The notes below the pieces were generated by a model. That model had not been told where the DNA came from and searched no databases. It saw nothing but the letters and a program-made list of their open reading frames with translations. Below, in pieces: positions 7,896-17,478 of a stretch of 64,000 bases of DNA (position 1 is its first letter; the number at the start of each line of letters is the position of its first letter). The stretch is from Polyangiaceae bacterium (lineage in GTDB: Bacteria; Myxococcota_A; Polyangia; Polyangiales; Polyangiaceae). A program made the position numbers and the translations under genes. Location: NCBI GenBank assembly GCA_044376115.1, contig JBILLK010000034.1, positions 47,596-111,595 on the forward strand. The letters run 5' to 3'.

Positions 7896-10745
7896 ATGGA
7901 TTCGATCTTCAAGCGCGATTTGGGAACGCCGATCCGGCTCGGGAAACGTGGGGTCGCCCTCAGCATTGACGGCGTGAGCGTGACCGTTCCTGAGGGCACC
8001 TCGGTGATGCAGGCAGCAGCGCGCGCCGGTACGCAGATCCCGAAGTTGTGCGCGACCGATTCGCTCGAGGCCTTCGGCTCGTGCCGGCTCTGTTTGGTGC
8101 AGATTGAGGGGAAGCGCGGTTTCCCGGCTTCATGCACCACCTTGGTTGAACCGGGGATGCGGGTTACCACGCAATCCTCCGAGCTCGCGCGGCTCCGCCG
8201 CGGGGTGATGGAACTTTACATCTCCGATCACCCGCTGGATTGTTTGACGTGTCCGGCCAACGGCAATTGCGAGTTACAGACCATGGCCGGTGCCGTCGGT
8301 CTGCGCGAGGTCCGTTACGGCTTTGCCGGAGAGAATCACCTGCAATCGCAGAAGGACGAGAGCAACCCGTACTTCACCTTCGATCCGAGCAAGTGCATCG
8401 TCTGTTCGCGCTGCGTGCGAGCCTGCGAGGAGATTCAAGGTACCTTCGCTTTGACCGTCTCCGGGCGCGGTTTTGACTCAGTGATTTCGCCGGGAGGCAC
8501 CGACTTCTTCTCGAGTGAATGCGTCTCGTGTGGGGCTTGCGTGCAGGCCTGCCCAACCGCGACGCTGATGGAGAAGTCGGTGGTAGAGCTGGGGCAGGCG
8601 GAGCATTCGGTGGTAACCACCTGCGCCTATTGTGGTGTCGGGTGCTCCTTTCGAGCCGAGCTACAAGGCAACACGGTGGTTCGAATGGTCCCTCACAAAG
8701 AGGGCGGGGCCAATCACGGTCACTCCTGCGTGAAAGGTCGCTTCGCTTGGGGCTACGCCACCCACGCCGACCGCATCACCAAACCGATGATCCGCGAACG
8801 CACAGACCAGCCTTGGCGAGAGGTTAGTTGGCAGGAGGCGTTCAGCTTTGCCGCCTCCAAGATCAAGCGGCTGCAAGCCGAATACGGCGAGGGCTGTGTC
8901 GGCGCTATCACCTCTTCACGCTGCACCAATGAAGAGACGTACCTAGTGCAGAAGTTGGTGCGGGCGGCCTTCCGCAACAACAACGTAGATACCTGCGCGC
9001 GGGTTTGCCATTCGCCAACCGGCTATGGCCTAAAGACGACCTTGGGCGAGTCGGCTGGCACACAAGACTTCGAGTCGGTGGACCTCGCCGACGTGATCAT
9101 GGTGATCGGCGCCAACCCCACCGATGCACATCCGGTGTTTGCCTCGCGCATGAAGCGGCGGCTGCGAGAAGGCGCCGCGCTGATCGTGGTGGACCCTCGC
9201 GAGAGTGATCTGGTTAGCCAGCCCCACGCGAAGGCCGCGTTCCATTTGCCGCTCCGGCCGGGCACCAACGTGGCGATCATCAACGCCCTCGCGCATGTGA
9301 TCGTGACGGAAGGTTTGGCGAAAGAAGACTACGTGCTCGCGCGTTGCGACGTCGCCGAATACCAGAAGTGGAAGCAGTTCATCGCCCTGCCCGAGAACTC
9401 GCCGGAGAGCCTCGCCAGCGTTACCGGCGTACCCGCGGAGACCGTTCGCAATGCCGCTCGTCTCTTTGGTCGTGCGCCCAACGGGGCCATCTACTACGGG
9501 CTCGGCGTAACCGAGCACAGCCAAGGCTCGACCATGGTCATGGGGATCGCCAATCTCGCGATGGTGACCGGTAACCTTGGGCGGCCAGGCGTCGGCGTGA
9601 ACCCACTACGCGGTCAGAACAACGTGCAGGGCTCCTGCGACATGGGCTCCTTCCCCCATGAGCTACCAGGCTATCGTCATGTCTCGGATCCGGCGGTGCG
9701 TGCGCTGTTTGAGGCCGCCTGGGGCGTGCCTGTGCACTCCGAGCCCGGGTTGCGCATCCCCAATATGTTTGACGCTGCGTTGGACGGTAGCTTCAAGGGA
9801 CTGTACGTCCAGGGTGAAGATATAGCGCAATCCGATCCGGACATTACGCATGTGCACGCCGCTCTCGCGGCGATGGAGTGCGTCATCGTGCAGGACCTGT
9901 TCTTGAATGAGACGGCCAAGCTCGCTCACGTGTTCCTGCCGGGAGCTAGCTTCTTGGAGAAGGACGGCACCTTCACCAACGCCGAGCGACGAATCAACCG
10001 CGTTCGTAGAGTAATGCCTCCGCTCGCTGGTCTCGCCGACTGGGAGGTCACTGTGGGGCTGGCCGAGGCGCTCGGTGTTCCTATGCACTATACTCACCCG
10101 TCGGAGATCATGGCGGAGATCGCCCGTTTGACGCCGACGTTCCAAGGCGTCTCGTATGAGAAGCTGGATCGGCTCGGCAGCGTGCAATGGCCTTGCAACG
10201 ATGCCGCTCCGGAGGGGACTCCGGTCATGCATGTGGATGAGTTCGTGCGTGGGAAAGGGCGGTTCGTGATTACGCGTTACGTCGCTACGACTGAGCGCAC
10301 CAATCGCGAGTTCCCGCTGATCCTGACGACGGGGCGCATCCTCTCTCAATACAATGTCGGCGCGCAGACCCGGCGCACCGCCAACGTGATTTGGCACGCC
10401 GAGGATCTGCTCGAGCTTCACCCTCACGACGCCGAGCAGCGGGGCCTCGTCGAAGGCGACTTGGTGCAGGTTCGAAGCCGAGCGGGCGAGACGGTGTTGC
10501 GCGCGACGCTGACCGAACGGGTGCAACCGGGCGTTGTGTACACCACCTTCCACCACCCGGTCTCGGGCGCCAATGTGGTAACCACCGAGAACTCCGACTG
10601 GGCGACCAATTGTCCGGAATACAAAGTAACGGCCGTGCAAGTGCGCAAAGCGGCTGGGCGCTCGGCGTGGCAAGAGAGCTTCACCGCGGAGCACCAAGCG
10701 CAGGTCGCGATGTTGCCGAAGTCGGGAGCTGCCCGTGAAGGTTGA
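7896..10745 (+). CDS. fdsA: NAD-dependent Mo formate dehydrogenase alpha subunit
   Basis: PKLCATD..GSCRLC, HPLDCLTC, two 4Fe-4S motifs, TTCAYCGVGC, active-site DTCARVCH (Cys, not Sec), PLRGQNNVQG and a C-terminal molybdopterin-dinucleotide domain. Confidence 0.96.
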   Translation: MDSIFKRDLGTPIRLGKRGVALSIDGVSVTVPEGTSVMQAAARAGTQIPKLCATDSLEAFGSCRLCLVQIEGKRGFPASCTTLVEPGMRVTTQSSELARLRRGVMELYISDHPLDCLTCPANGNCELQTMAGAVGLREVRYGFAGENHLQSQKDESNPYFTFDPSKCIVCSRCVRACEEIQGTFALTVSGRGFDSVISPGGTDFFSSECVSCGACVQACPTATLMEKSVVELGQAEHSVVTTCAYCGVGCSFRAELQGNTVVRMVPHKEGGANHGHSCVKGRFAWGYATHADRITKPMIRERTDQPWREVSWQEAFSFAASKIKRLQAEYGEGCVGAITSSRCTNEETYLVQKLVRAAFRNNNVDTCARVCHSPTGYGLKTTLGESAGTQDFESVDLADVIMVIGANPTDAHPVFASRMKRRLREGAALIVVDPRESDLVSQPHAKAAFHLPLRPGTNVAIINALAHVIVTEGLAKEDYVLARCDVAEYQKWKQFIALPENSPESLASVTGVPAETVRNAARLFGRAPNGAIYYGLGVTEHSQGSTMVMGIANLAMVTGNLGRPGVGVNPLRGQNNVQGSCDMGSFPHELPGYRHVSDPAVRALFEAAWGVPVHSEPGLRIPNMFDAALDGSFKGLYVQGEDIAQSDPDITHVHAALAAMECVIVQDLFLNETAKLAHVFLPGASFLEKDGTFTNAERRINRVRRVMPPLAGLADWEVTVGLAEALGVPMHYTHPSEIMAEIARLTPTFQGVSYEKLDRLGSVQWPCNDAAPEGTPVMHVDEFVRGKGRFVITRYVATTERTNREFPLILTTGRILSQYNVGAQTRRTANVIWHAEDLLELHPHDAEQRGLVEGDLVQVRSRAGETVLRATLTERVQPGVVYTTFHHPVSGANVVTTENSDWATNCPEYKVTAVQVRKAAGRSAWQESFTAEHQAQVAMLPKSGAAREG

Positions 10746-11013
10746 GAAGCTGGCCTTCATGGCCAATCAGATAGCGGCCTTCTTCGAGGCAGATCCAGAT
10801 CGTGAGGTCGCCCTCGATGGCTTTAGCGGGCACCTGCGTCGGTTCTGGGACCCGCGTATGCGCAAAGAGCTCTTGGCCTGGGTCGACGCTGGCGGTGGTG
10901 AGTCGCTCGCTCCACTGGTGCGCGAGGCCCTATCGCTTAGGAGGTCCCAGATCTTGCCGGATCCGCTCGCGGCCGCAAACGGGGCGAAGTCCCCTTCCGG
11001 GGCACCCGACTAA
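10735..11013 (+). CDS. fdsD: Formate dehydrogenase delta subunit
   Basis: KL..MANQIA.FF...HL..FWDPRMR signature; overlaps the end of fdsA. Confidence 0.92.
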   Translation: MKVEKLAFMANQIAAFFEADPDREVALDGFSGHLRRFWDPRMRKELLAWVDAGGGESLAPLVREALSLRRSQILPDPLAAANGAKSPSGAPD

Positions 11014-11618
11014 GCAGCGCTGCGCAACATCCCTTCGAGCAGGACGCGCACCAACTCACGTACGTAGCGGGCAGCGTGGTGCTCGGCCTCGGGGGAGCTG
11101 GCGATGGCGGGTGACTCGAGCCCGACCTGACTCGAAAGAGCGCCCAAAAAGGCCTGCGCGACGGTGGCTGTATCGAGAGCGCCATCGATGCGGCCGAGTG
11201 CTCCCTCGTTCTTTAGATAGTCGGTTAGATACAGCAGCATTTGCTCTCGAGCCGCGAGCTGCATCGTGCGTGAAGCGAGCTCCGGAGTGCCCGCGAGCCT
11301 CATCATGAAGAGCGGCGTCAATCGGCGTAGGACGCGCAGCAGCAGCAGCTCTCCTGCGCCTACGAGGTTATCCAAGACGTTGCCGCTCCCCGCTTGGCCG
11401 GGCAGCCGACTCAGTTGTTGCAATAGATCGTTGATTTCCGGAGCCACGGCGGCCTCGAATAGGCCTGGTGTCGTCTTATAGCGTTTAAACACCGAGCCCT
11501 CGGAGATCCCTGCACGCCGCGCTACTTCGGCGCTCGTGGATTGCAGGCCGCGTTCAAGAAACACGGCGCGAGCCGCGTTCAGAATGGTCTCGTTCTCAAT
11601 CACTGTCGGTCGTGCCAT
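11010..11618 (-). CDS. TetR/AcrR family transcriptional regulator
   Basis: MARP...ILNAARAVFLERG...EVARRAGISEGSVFKRY helix-turn-helix. Confidence 0.9.
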   Translation of the reverse strand: MARPTVIENETILNAARAVFLERGLQSTSAEVARRAGISEGSVFKRYKTTPGLFEAAVAPEINDLLQQLSRLPGQAGSGNVLDNLVGAGELLLLRVLRRLTPLFMMRLAGTPELASRTMQLAAREQMLLYLTDYLKNEGALGRIDGALDTATVAQAFLGALSSQVGLESPAIASSPEAEHHAARYVRELVRVLLEGMLRSAA

Positions 11619-11621
11619 GAC

Positions 11622-14600
11622 TTACTCCGCGCCGACTGGGGAGGCCTTCCCCAGGTCTTGGTGATTCGCCTCTCCACCACCCTCTGCCGCCAAGAGCGCC
11701 TCCAGGTCCTGTTCGCCCCGATCCACTGCGGCTCGTTTGGAGCGGCGGGATAGCCAGCTAGCGGCCTGATCGAACAGATCGTAGGCGACGGGCACCGCCA
11801 CCAGTGTAAGCAGCAGGGACAACGTCTGCCCGCCTACCACGATGCCGGAGGAAGCCTGGTTTTTGCCGGCGCCGACCCCGCGCGAAAAGATGAGCGGGAT
11901 CATTCCGGCAACGAAAGCGAGCGTTGTCATCAAGATCGGGCGGAGCCGATCTCGGTTGGCCTCCATGATCGCCTGCAGTTTGGGTAGGCCCAGCTTGCGT
12001 AGGTGATTGGTGTGGTCGATCTGCAAGATGGCGTTCTTCTTCACCACGCCAAACAGCACCAACAGGCCAAGCGCTGAAAAGAGGTTGAGCGTTTGACCCA
12101 GCAGGAGCAGCGACAAAAGGGCGAAGGGCACCGTCAAGGGCAGCGAGAGCAGGATGATCCCCGGTTGCGACCACGACTCGAACTGGGCCGCCAAAACCAG
12201 ATACATAAAGATGAAGCCGAGCACGATCACCATCAGGAAGCCGACGGCGAGCTCAGAGCTGGTCTTCGACGACCCCACCGGCTCCAGCCGGTACTCGGGA
12301 GGCAGGCCCTCTGCTGCGTAGAGTCGCTTGAGTTCCTCGGTTACGGCGTTGGAGCCTACGCCGGGCGCCGGGTTGGCGACGACGGTGTATTGTCGTTGTC
12401 GACCATAACGGTCAATGCGGGAGGGGCCTTTGGACTCGCGGAACTCCACGACCTGCGACAGCGGTACCACGCCCCCTGATTGTGAACTTACTCCGAGTTC
12501 CGGCAGACTAGCGGCGTTCTCGCGGAACTCTTCTGCCGCTCGCAAGCGGACGTCGTATTGCTCCCCGCCCTCGCTGTAGCTGGTGACCTTCAATCCGCCG
12601 ACGAAGACGCGCAAGCTGTCGGCGACGGTGCGCACCGAAACCCCGAGCTTGGCCGCCCGTTCGCGGTCGATGAGGACCTGGGTCTCAGGTTTGGCCTCAG
12701 CCAGCGTCGAATCTACGTCCACGGCTCCCGGATACGCGCGCAAGGAATCGCGGATATGCCGAGTAGCCTCGGCGACACGCTCGATGTCGGGGCCGATAAT
12801 GGCATATTGAATCTGAGCCTGCGATTGGCCACTCGAGAACTCGGGTACCTCGCCGGCGATGGCTTGAACATCTTCCGGTACGGTGGAGAGGACCTCATCC
12901 CGAATCCGCTGCATCAGGTGTTGCTGGGTGAAGAGGCGGGCGCCCGGGTCGGTCAGGAAGACATAGACCTTCGCCTCGTTGGTCGGGCTGGTGTCACCAG
13001 CGCCAACGGTAATCAAGGTTTGACGCACACCCTCATAGCGGCGCGCCTGCTTGGCCAATCGCTGAGCGATCAGCTTGGTCTCGTCCAAGCTCGTCCCCTC
13101 TTTCGCCTTCACTGAGATCTCAAACTGCGCTTGGTCGTCCACCGGGAGGAAGGACGCCGGTACGGCTTTGGCCAACGGGCCACATGAGCCCAGCGTCGCC
13201 AAGCTGAGCAGCACCACCACCCAGCGGTGACGCAGGCTGGCGCCGAGGATACGCATGTAAACGCGCTCGATGGGGCGATAGAAGACGTCCACCAAGCGGC
13301 TCAGCCAACTGCCGTGATCGGCCTCGGTTATCATGCGCGCCGACATCATCGGCGTCAGCGTGAAGCTGACGAAACACGATACGCCGATAGCAAACGCCAT
13401 GGTCAACCCGAAGCTCGCTAGGAAGCGCCCGGGGATGCCACCCATGAAGGCGATCGGCACGAAGATGGCCATCAGCGATAGCGTAGTAGCGAGCACTGCC
13501 AGGCCGATCTCCCGCGTGGCCAACACCGCGGCGACGAACGGTTTGGTCTTACGTTCCTGCACGAAGCGGACGATGTTCTCGAGCACCACGATGGCGTCGT
13601 CGATCACGATGCCGACGGAGAGAGCGAGGGCCAGCAGCGTCAGGAAGTTCAGCGTGAAGCCCGCAAGCTTCATGATCGCGAAGGTGCCAATGATCGAGAT
13701 CGGGATCGACAGCGCCGCGATCAGGGTAGGGCGCACGCTACCGAGGAATAGAAGGACGATCACCGAGGCGAGGAAGGCGCCCAGGATGAGGTGCTCCTGC
13801 ACCGAATGAATGCCGGTTCGGATCACGCCGGAGTTGTCACGGATGGTCTCCACCTTGACGTTGGGGGGCAGCAGCTTTTGCACCCCGGCGAGCCGCGCCA
13901 GCACGGTGTCGACGACGGCAACCGTGTTCCTCCCGGATTGCTTCTTCACCGAAAGCAGGACAACAGGCTCGCCATCAAGCTCCGCGATGGTCGCTTCTTC
14001 TGCCACCGCGTCTTCGACCTTGGCGACGTCACTGACCCGAATGGGCCGTCCAGCGGTGCTGCGCAGGATGATTTCCCCGAGCGCTGCCGGGCTTTCGACT
14101 CGACCCGCGACTCGCAGCGTCTGCCGCTCCGGGCCAGAGCCTAACGCGCCACCGGGGACATTGACGTTTTGGCTGGCTAGCCCGAGCTGGACGTCGGTGG
14201 CGGTGAGCCCGTAGGCACGCAGGGCCGCGGGATCCAGCCAGACGTTGATTTGACGTTGGCGCCCACCGATGATCTCGACCTGACCAACGCCGTCGATGCT
14301 CTCGATCTGCCTGCGAACCGTCTTATCGGCGAGCTCGGTCAGCTCGGCTTCGCTGCCCTGGCCTTTGACCGCCAATAACAAGATAGCGCCAGCCGATGGG
14401 TCAATGCGCGTTACGACGGGGGGCTCCACACCTTCGGGGAGGTCTTTGAGTACGAGGTCGACTTTGTCGCGAACCTCCTGAGCCGCGACATCTCCGCTCT
14501 TGTCGACGACGAACGCGACAATCACTTGGGAGACGCCCTCCGACGAGTTGGAGCGCAGCTCATCGATGCCGCCAATGGTGTTGATCGAGCCTTCGATCTT

Positions 14601-14798
14601 GTCGGTGATGTCGCTCTCGACCTCCGCGGGCGCTGCACCCGGCAATCGGGTGGTCACGATTACGAACGGGATATCGACGTTGGGGAAGTTGTCCACCCCG
14701 AGCTTGGCGTAGCTGAAGCCACCGAGCACGACGAGCACGAGCATCAGCACGGTCGCAAACACCGGCCGCTGCACACTGATGCGGGCAAGCCATTGCAT
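11622..14798 (-). CDS. RND efflux transporter permease (AcrB/AcrD/AcrF family)
   Basis: 1058 aa; RPVFA, GIVIDDAIVVLENI, GVVKKNAIL and RLRPILMTT motifs. Confidence 0.96.
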   Translation of the reverse strand: MQWLARISVQRPVFATVLMLVLVVLGGFSYAKLGVDNFPNVDIPFVIVTTRLPGAAPAEVESDITDKIEGSINTIGGIDELRSNSSEGVSQVIVAFVVDKSGDVAAQEVRDKVDLVLKDLPEGVEPPVVTRIDPSAGAILLLAVKGQGSEAELTELADKTVRRQIESIDGVGQVEIIGGRQRQINVWLDPAALRAYGLTATDVQLGLASQNVNVPGGALGSGPERQTLRVAGRVESPAALGEIILRSTAGRPIRVSDVAKVEDAVAEEATIAELDGEPVVLLSVKKQSGRNTVAVVDTVLARLAGVQKLLPPNVKVETIRDNSGVIRTGIHSVQEHLILGAFLASVIVLLFLGSVRPTLIAALSIPISIIGTFAIMKLAGFTLNFLTLLALALSVGIVIDDAIVVLENIVRFVQERKTKPFVAAVLATREIGLAVLATTLSLMAIFVPIAFMGGIPGRFLASFGLTMAFAIGVSCFVSFTLTPMMSARMITEADHGSWLSRLVDVFYRPIERVYMRILGASLRHRWVVVLLSLATLGSCGPLAKAVPASFLPVDDQAQFEISVKAKEGTSLDETKLIAQRLAKQARRYEGVRQTLITVGAGDTSPTNEAKVYVFLTDPGARLFTQQHLMQRIRDEVLSTVPEDVQAIAGEVPEFSSGQSQAQIQYAIIGPDIERVAEATRHIRDSLRAYPGAVDVDSTLAEAKPETQVLIDRERAAKLGVSVRTVADSLRVFVGGLKVTSYSEGGEQYDVRLRAAEEFRENAASLPELGVSSQSGGVVPLSQVVEFRESKGPSRIDRYGRQRQYTVVANPAPGVGSNAVTEELKRLYAAEGLPPEYRLEPVGSSKTSSELAVGFLMVIVLGFIFMYLVLAAQFESWSQPGIILLSLPLTVPFALLSLLLLGQTLNLFSALGLLVLFGVVKKNAILQIDHTNHLRKLGLPKLQAIMEANRDRLRPILMTTLAFVAGMIPLIFSRGVGAGKNQASSGIVVGGQTLSLLLTLVAVPVAYDLFDQAASWLSRRSKRAAVDRGEQDLEALLAAEGGGEANHQDLGKASPVGAE

Positions 14799-14800
14799 GA

Positions 14801-15865
14801 CTACTCCACCGCCTGACCGTTTTGGAGCTCCTCGGGTGGCGCAATAACTACGCTATCTTCGAGCCCAAGCCCCTTGCGGATGGCGACGCGACCTTCCGCG
14901 AGCTCGGGGCCAACGAACACCGATCGCTCGTTGGCGTGACCACGCTCAATCACGAATACGTGCGTCTTGCCTGCGTGCTTCAATAACGCTGTTGCGGGGA
15001 CGGTTGGCAGTTCCTCGGTACCAACGCTCAACTCAACCATGCCGAACATACCCGGAAGCAGGGCGCCATCCGCGTTGTCGATGGGCGCCTCTACCACGAC
15101 GTCACGGCTCTGCTTGCGAACGCTCACTCCGCCGCGGTCGATCTTGGTCCGCCAGCTACGGCCTGGATAGGCGGTTACGGTGAATACCACCTCGCTCCCA
15201 ACCCGCGCCGCAGGGGCGATCGACTCGGGTGCTTCCATCGCCAGCCGCAGACGGTCATTGCTAACTAGCCGCACGACGCTGGAGTCCGCCCGCACGAACT
15301 CACCCACTTCGACGAAGCGCTCGTTGACCACTCCGTCGAGCGGGGAGCGGATGACGCCATCAATGACGTTCTTTTGCGCCTGCCCGGCGCGCAGCTCAGC
15401 GGCCTGAACGTCGAGCTCCGAGGTCGCACATTGGTCGCGCAGCCGATCGAACTCTTGCTTAGCGATCGCCCCGCCTTCAAACAGCTTGCTGGCCCGCTCA
15501 CACTCACGAGCAGCGCTGGCCCGCCTCGAGCGAGCGAGCTCAGCTTGTTTCGCTGCCTCCGAGGCCGCCAAGCCAACGGCTTGGGTATCGAGCTTTGCCA
15601 GCACATCCCCTTTTTTGACGCGTTCGCCGACGGCCACGCGCATCTCGAGCACACGCCCGCTGGCTCCCGCCGCGAGGTTGGCTTCCACCGCCCCCTCGAG
15701 CACGGCGGGCAGCCGCACGGTCCGCGGAACTGCGCGGACCTCCACCTTGGCCGAGGCGACGTGGATGGCCGCAGGCGCGGGTTCCACGTTCGCGGAGGCC
15801 TCATTGGCGCAGCCATGGGTGAGGAGGAGCGGCAGCAGGAGGACGAGGACGCTGGATCGCAACAT
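14801..15865 (-). CDS. RND efflux periplasmic adaptor (membrane fusion protein), lipoprotein
   Basis: Lipobox LTHGC; G.V....V..GERVKKGDVLA.LD, IRSPLDGVV and LLPGMF motifs. Confidence 0.93.
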   Translation of the reverse strand: MLRSSVLVLLLPLLLTHGCANEASANVEPAPAAIHVASAKVEVRAVPRTVRLPAVLEGAVEANLAAGASGRVLEMRVAVGERVKKGDVLAKLDTQAVGLAASEAAKQAELARSRRASAARECERASKLFEGGAIAKQEFDRLRDQCATSELDVQAAELRAGQAQKNVIDGVIRSPLDGVVNERFVEVGEFVRADSSVVRLVSNDRLRLAMEAPESIAPAARVGSEVVFTVTAYPGRSWRTKIDRGGVSVRKQSRDVVVEAPIDNADGALLPGMFGMVELSVGTEELPTVPATALLKHAGKTHVFVIERGHANERSVFVGPELAEGRVAIRKGLGLEDSVVIAPPEELQNGQAVE

Positions 15866-15943
15866 GAGTGTTGCGATGAATAGCGCACGGGTGACTGTAT
15901 CGCAACGTCATTGATGCGATGAACGCAACGTATATGTTGCGAT
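15856..15943. promoter_or_regulatory. Three 22-bp palindromic operators, consensus ATCGCAAC-N6-GTTGCGAT (probable TetR sites)
   Basis: 15856-15877 ATCGCAACAtgagTGTTGCGAT (perfect); 15899-15920 ATCGCAACgtcattGATGCGAT; 15922-15943 AACGCAACgtatatGTTGCGAT. All lie at the junction of the divergent MFP and TetR genes. Confidence 0.8.
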
Positions 15944-15993
15944 GAGGTCGGTTACTGCTCGCCAACGCGCTAAATATCGGCCAGAGTCTGACC

Positions 15994-16653
15994 ATGTCGG
16001 AGGATGAAAGCCCCGAAGGGAAGCAGCTGCGTGGGGAGCCGGTCGTTCGTCGGGTCCTCATGTCGGTGATGGAGGAGGTCGCGCTGAGCGGCTACGGAGG
16101 CCTCACGCTCGAGCGGGTAGCCGCGCGCGCTGGCGTCAACCGCACGACGATTTATCGACGCTGGCCAACCAAGAAGGAATTGGCCATCGCCACCATCCAA
16201 CACTGCTCCGAGCAGATCCACTTCGATTGGGACTTGGGCAGTTTGCGCGCCGATATGACCGAGTTTTTGTTGCGCGCAAGCAAGACGCTGTTCACGCCGG
16301 GCATGCTCGGTATGCACCGCATGATGCTCGAGGCGGCACACGATTCGGAGTTGCAGGAGGTGGCAACAGCCGTTCGTGAGGACAAGGTCAGCCATGCCAT
16401 CGAGGTGCTGACGCGAGCCGAACAGCGCGGCGAGTTCCGCCCAGATCTCGATAAGCGGCTCTTCCTTGACTCAATCTTTGGCACGCTTTTCATGCGCATG
16501 TCGCAGGAGTCGCTCGACGATCCTAAGGTGTTGGCCGCGATCCTCGACTACCTCATGCGGGTCGCTACGCCGCCCAAGGCCAAGTCACCCAACCTCCGCA
16601 AGCCGGTGAACAAGGGCAAGGTCGCGCCAAAGAAGGCCGTTCGGCGCAGGTAG
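15994..16653 (+). CDS. TetR/AcrR family transcriptional regulator with Lys-rich C-terminal tail
   Basis: GYGGLTLERVAARAGVNRTTIYRRWPTK HTH, and D.GSLRAD typical of the C-terminal domain. Confidence 0.92.
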   Translation: MSEDESPEGKQLRGEPVVRRVLMSVMEEVALSGYGGLTLERVAARAGVNRTTIYRRWPTKKELAIATIQHCSEQIHFDWDLGSLRADMTEFLLRASKTLFTPGMLGMHRMMLEAAHDSELQEVATAVREDKVSHAIEVLTRAEQRGEFRPDLDKRLFLDSIFGTLFMRMSQESLDDPKVLAAILDYLMRVATPPKAKSPNLRKPVNKGKVAPKKAVRRR

Positions 16654-16659
16654 AGCGCG

Positions 16660-17382
16660 TTGGGACCAACGAAGTTGCTGGCTGGATCGAAGCCGACGTT
16701 GTCCGCGCGTCTCGAGGCGATTCTGTCGCTGCTCGAGCCCTGCCACAGCCTCGCCGACATCGCGACCGACCATGCGCTCCTCCCGATCGCTGCGGTCGCA
16801 CGCGGCCTTTGCGAGCGAGCTGTGGCGATCGATCTACGTGAGGCTCCGCTAGTGGAGGCGCGTCGCAACGTCGAGCGTGCGGGGCTCGGCGAGCGCATTG
16901 CCTTGCTACGAGGTGACGGGCTTTTGCCGTTGCTCTCGCAACCCACCGAAGCCGTGGTGATCGCAGGCGTGAGCGGGGCCCTCGTGGTTCGCATGTTGGA
17001 GGCCGTTCAGTCGCTTAAGTCCGGGTTGAACCAACTTGTGTTGCAGCCAAATACCGATCTTGCGCACGTGCGAGCGTGGGCACGGAAGAACGGTCTCCAT
17101 TTGCGTGCAGAGCGTTCTGTGCTGGTCCGCGGCAGGTTCTTCGCCGCTTGTGCCTACCAGCCGGGCGAAGGTGATGACCCCGCCTATCGTGTGCCCGGGT
17201 TCAGCCTCGAACAGCTGGACTCGGTCGGCCCGCGGCTGCTCGCTGAGCGAAGTGAAGCCACGCTGCGACAGGCTGAGGCGCAATGCGAACGATTGAGCGC
17301 GTTGCGGCAACACGGGCCGCATCACGCAGAGGAACTCGCAAGCTGGGAGCTGGCTCGACGTTTCCTGCGTGGCGCTGGCTAA
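16660..17382 (+). CDS. trmK: tRNA (adenine22-N1)-methyltransferase TrmK-like
   Basis: LSARL..I, ADIATDHALLPI, GDGL, IAGVSG and LVLQPN motifs. Confidence 0.8.
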   Translation: MGPTKLLAGSKPTLSARLEAILSLLEPCHSLADIATDHALLPIAAVARGLCERAVAIDLREAPLVEARRNVERAGLGERIALLRGDGLLPLLSQPTEAVVIAGVSGALVVRMLEAVQSLKSGLNQLVLQPNTDLAHVRAWARKNGLHLRAERSVLVRGRFFAACAYQPGEGDDPAYRVPGFSLEQLDSVGPRLLAERSEATLRQAEAQCERLSALRQHGPHHAEELASWELARRFLRGAG

Positions 17383-17443
17383 GCCTCAATCGCGCGCGCT
17401 GGCCGGCAACTGTGTATCCGCGCGGGACCCCGGACGAATGACG

Positions 17444-17472
17444 TTGACCAAACGGTGCTGGCTCCGCAGCAT
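17444..17472 (+). promoter_or_regulatory. Sigma70-type promoter, probably leaderless
   Basis: TTGACC (17444-17449), 17-nt spacer, CAGCAT (17467-17472), 6 nt, then ATG 17479; no SD sequence. Confidence 0.5.
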
Positions 17473-17478
17473 GCGCGC

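Noticed and set aside
7896..10745. Selenocysteine recoding in fdsA (also considered for selO)
   Set aside because: Both ORFs are uninterrupted and have Cys at the relevant positions.
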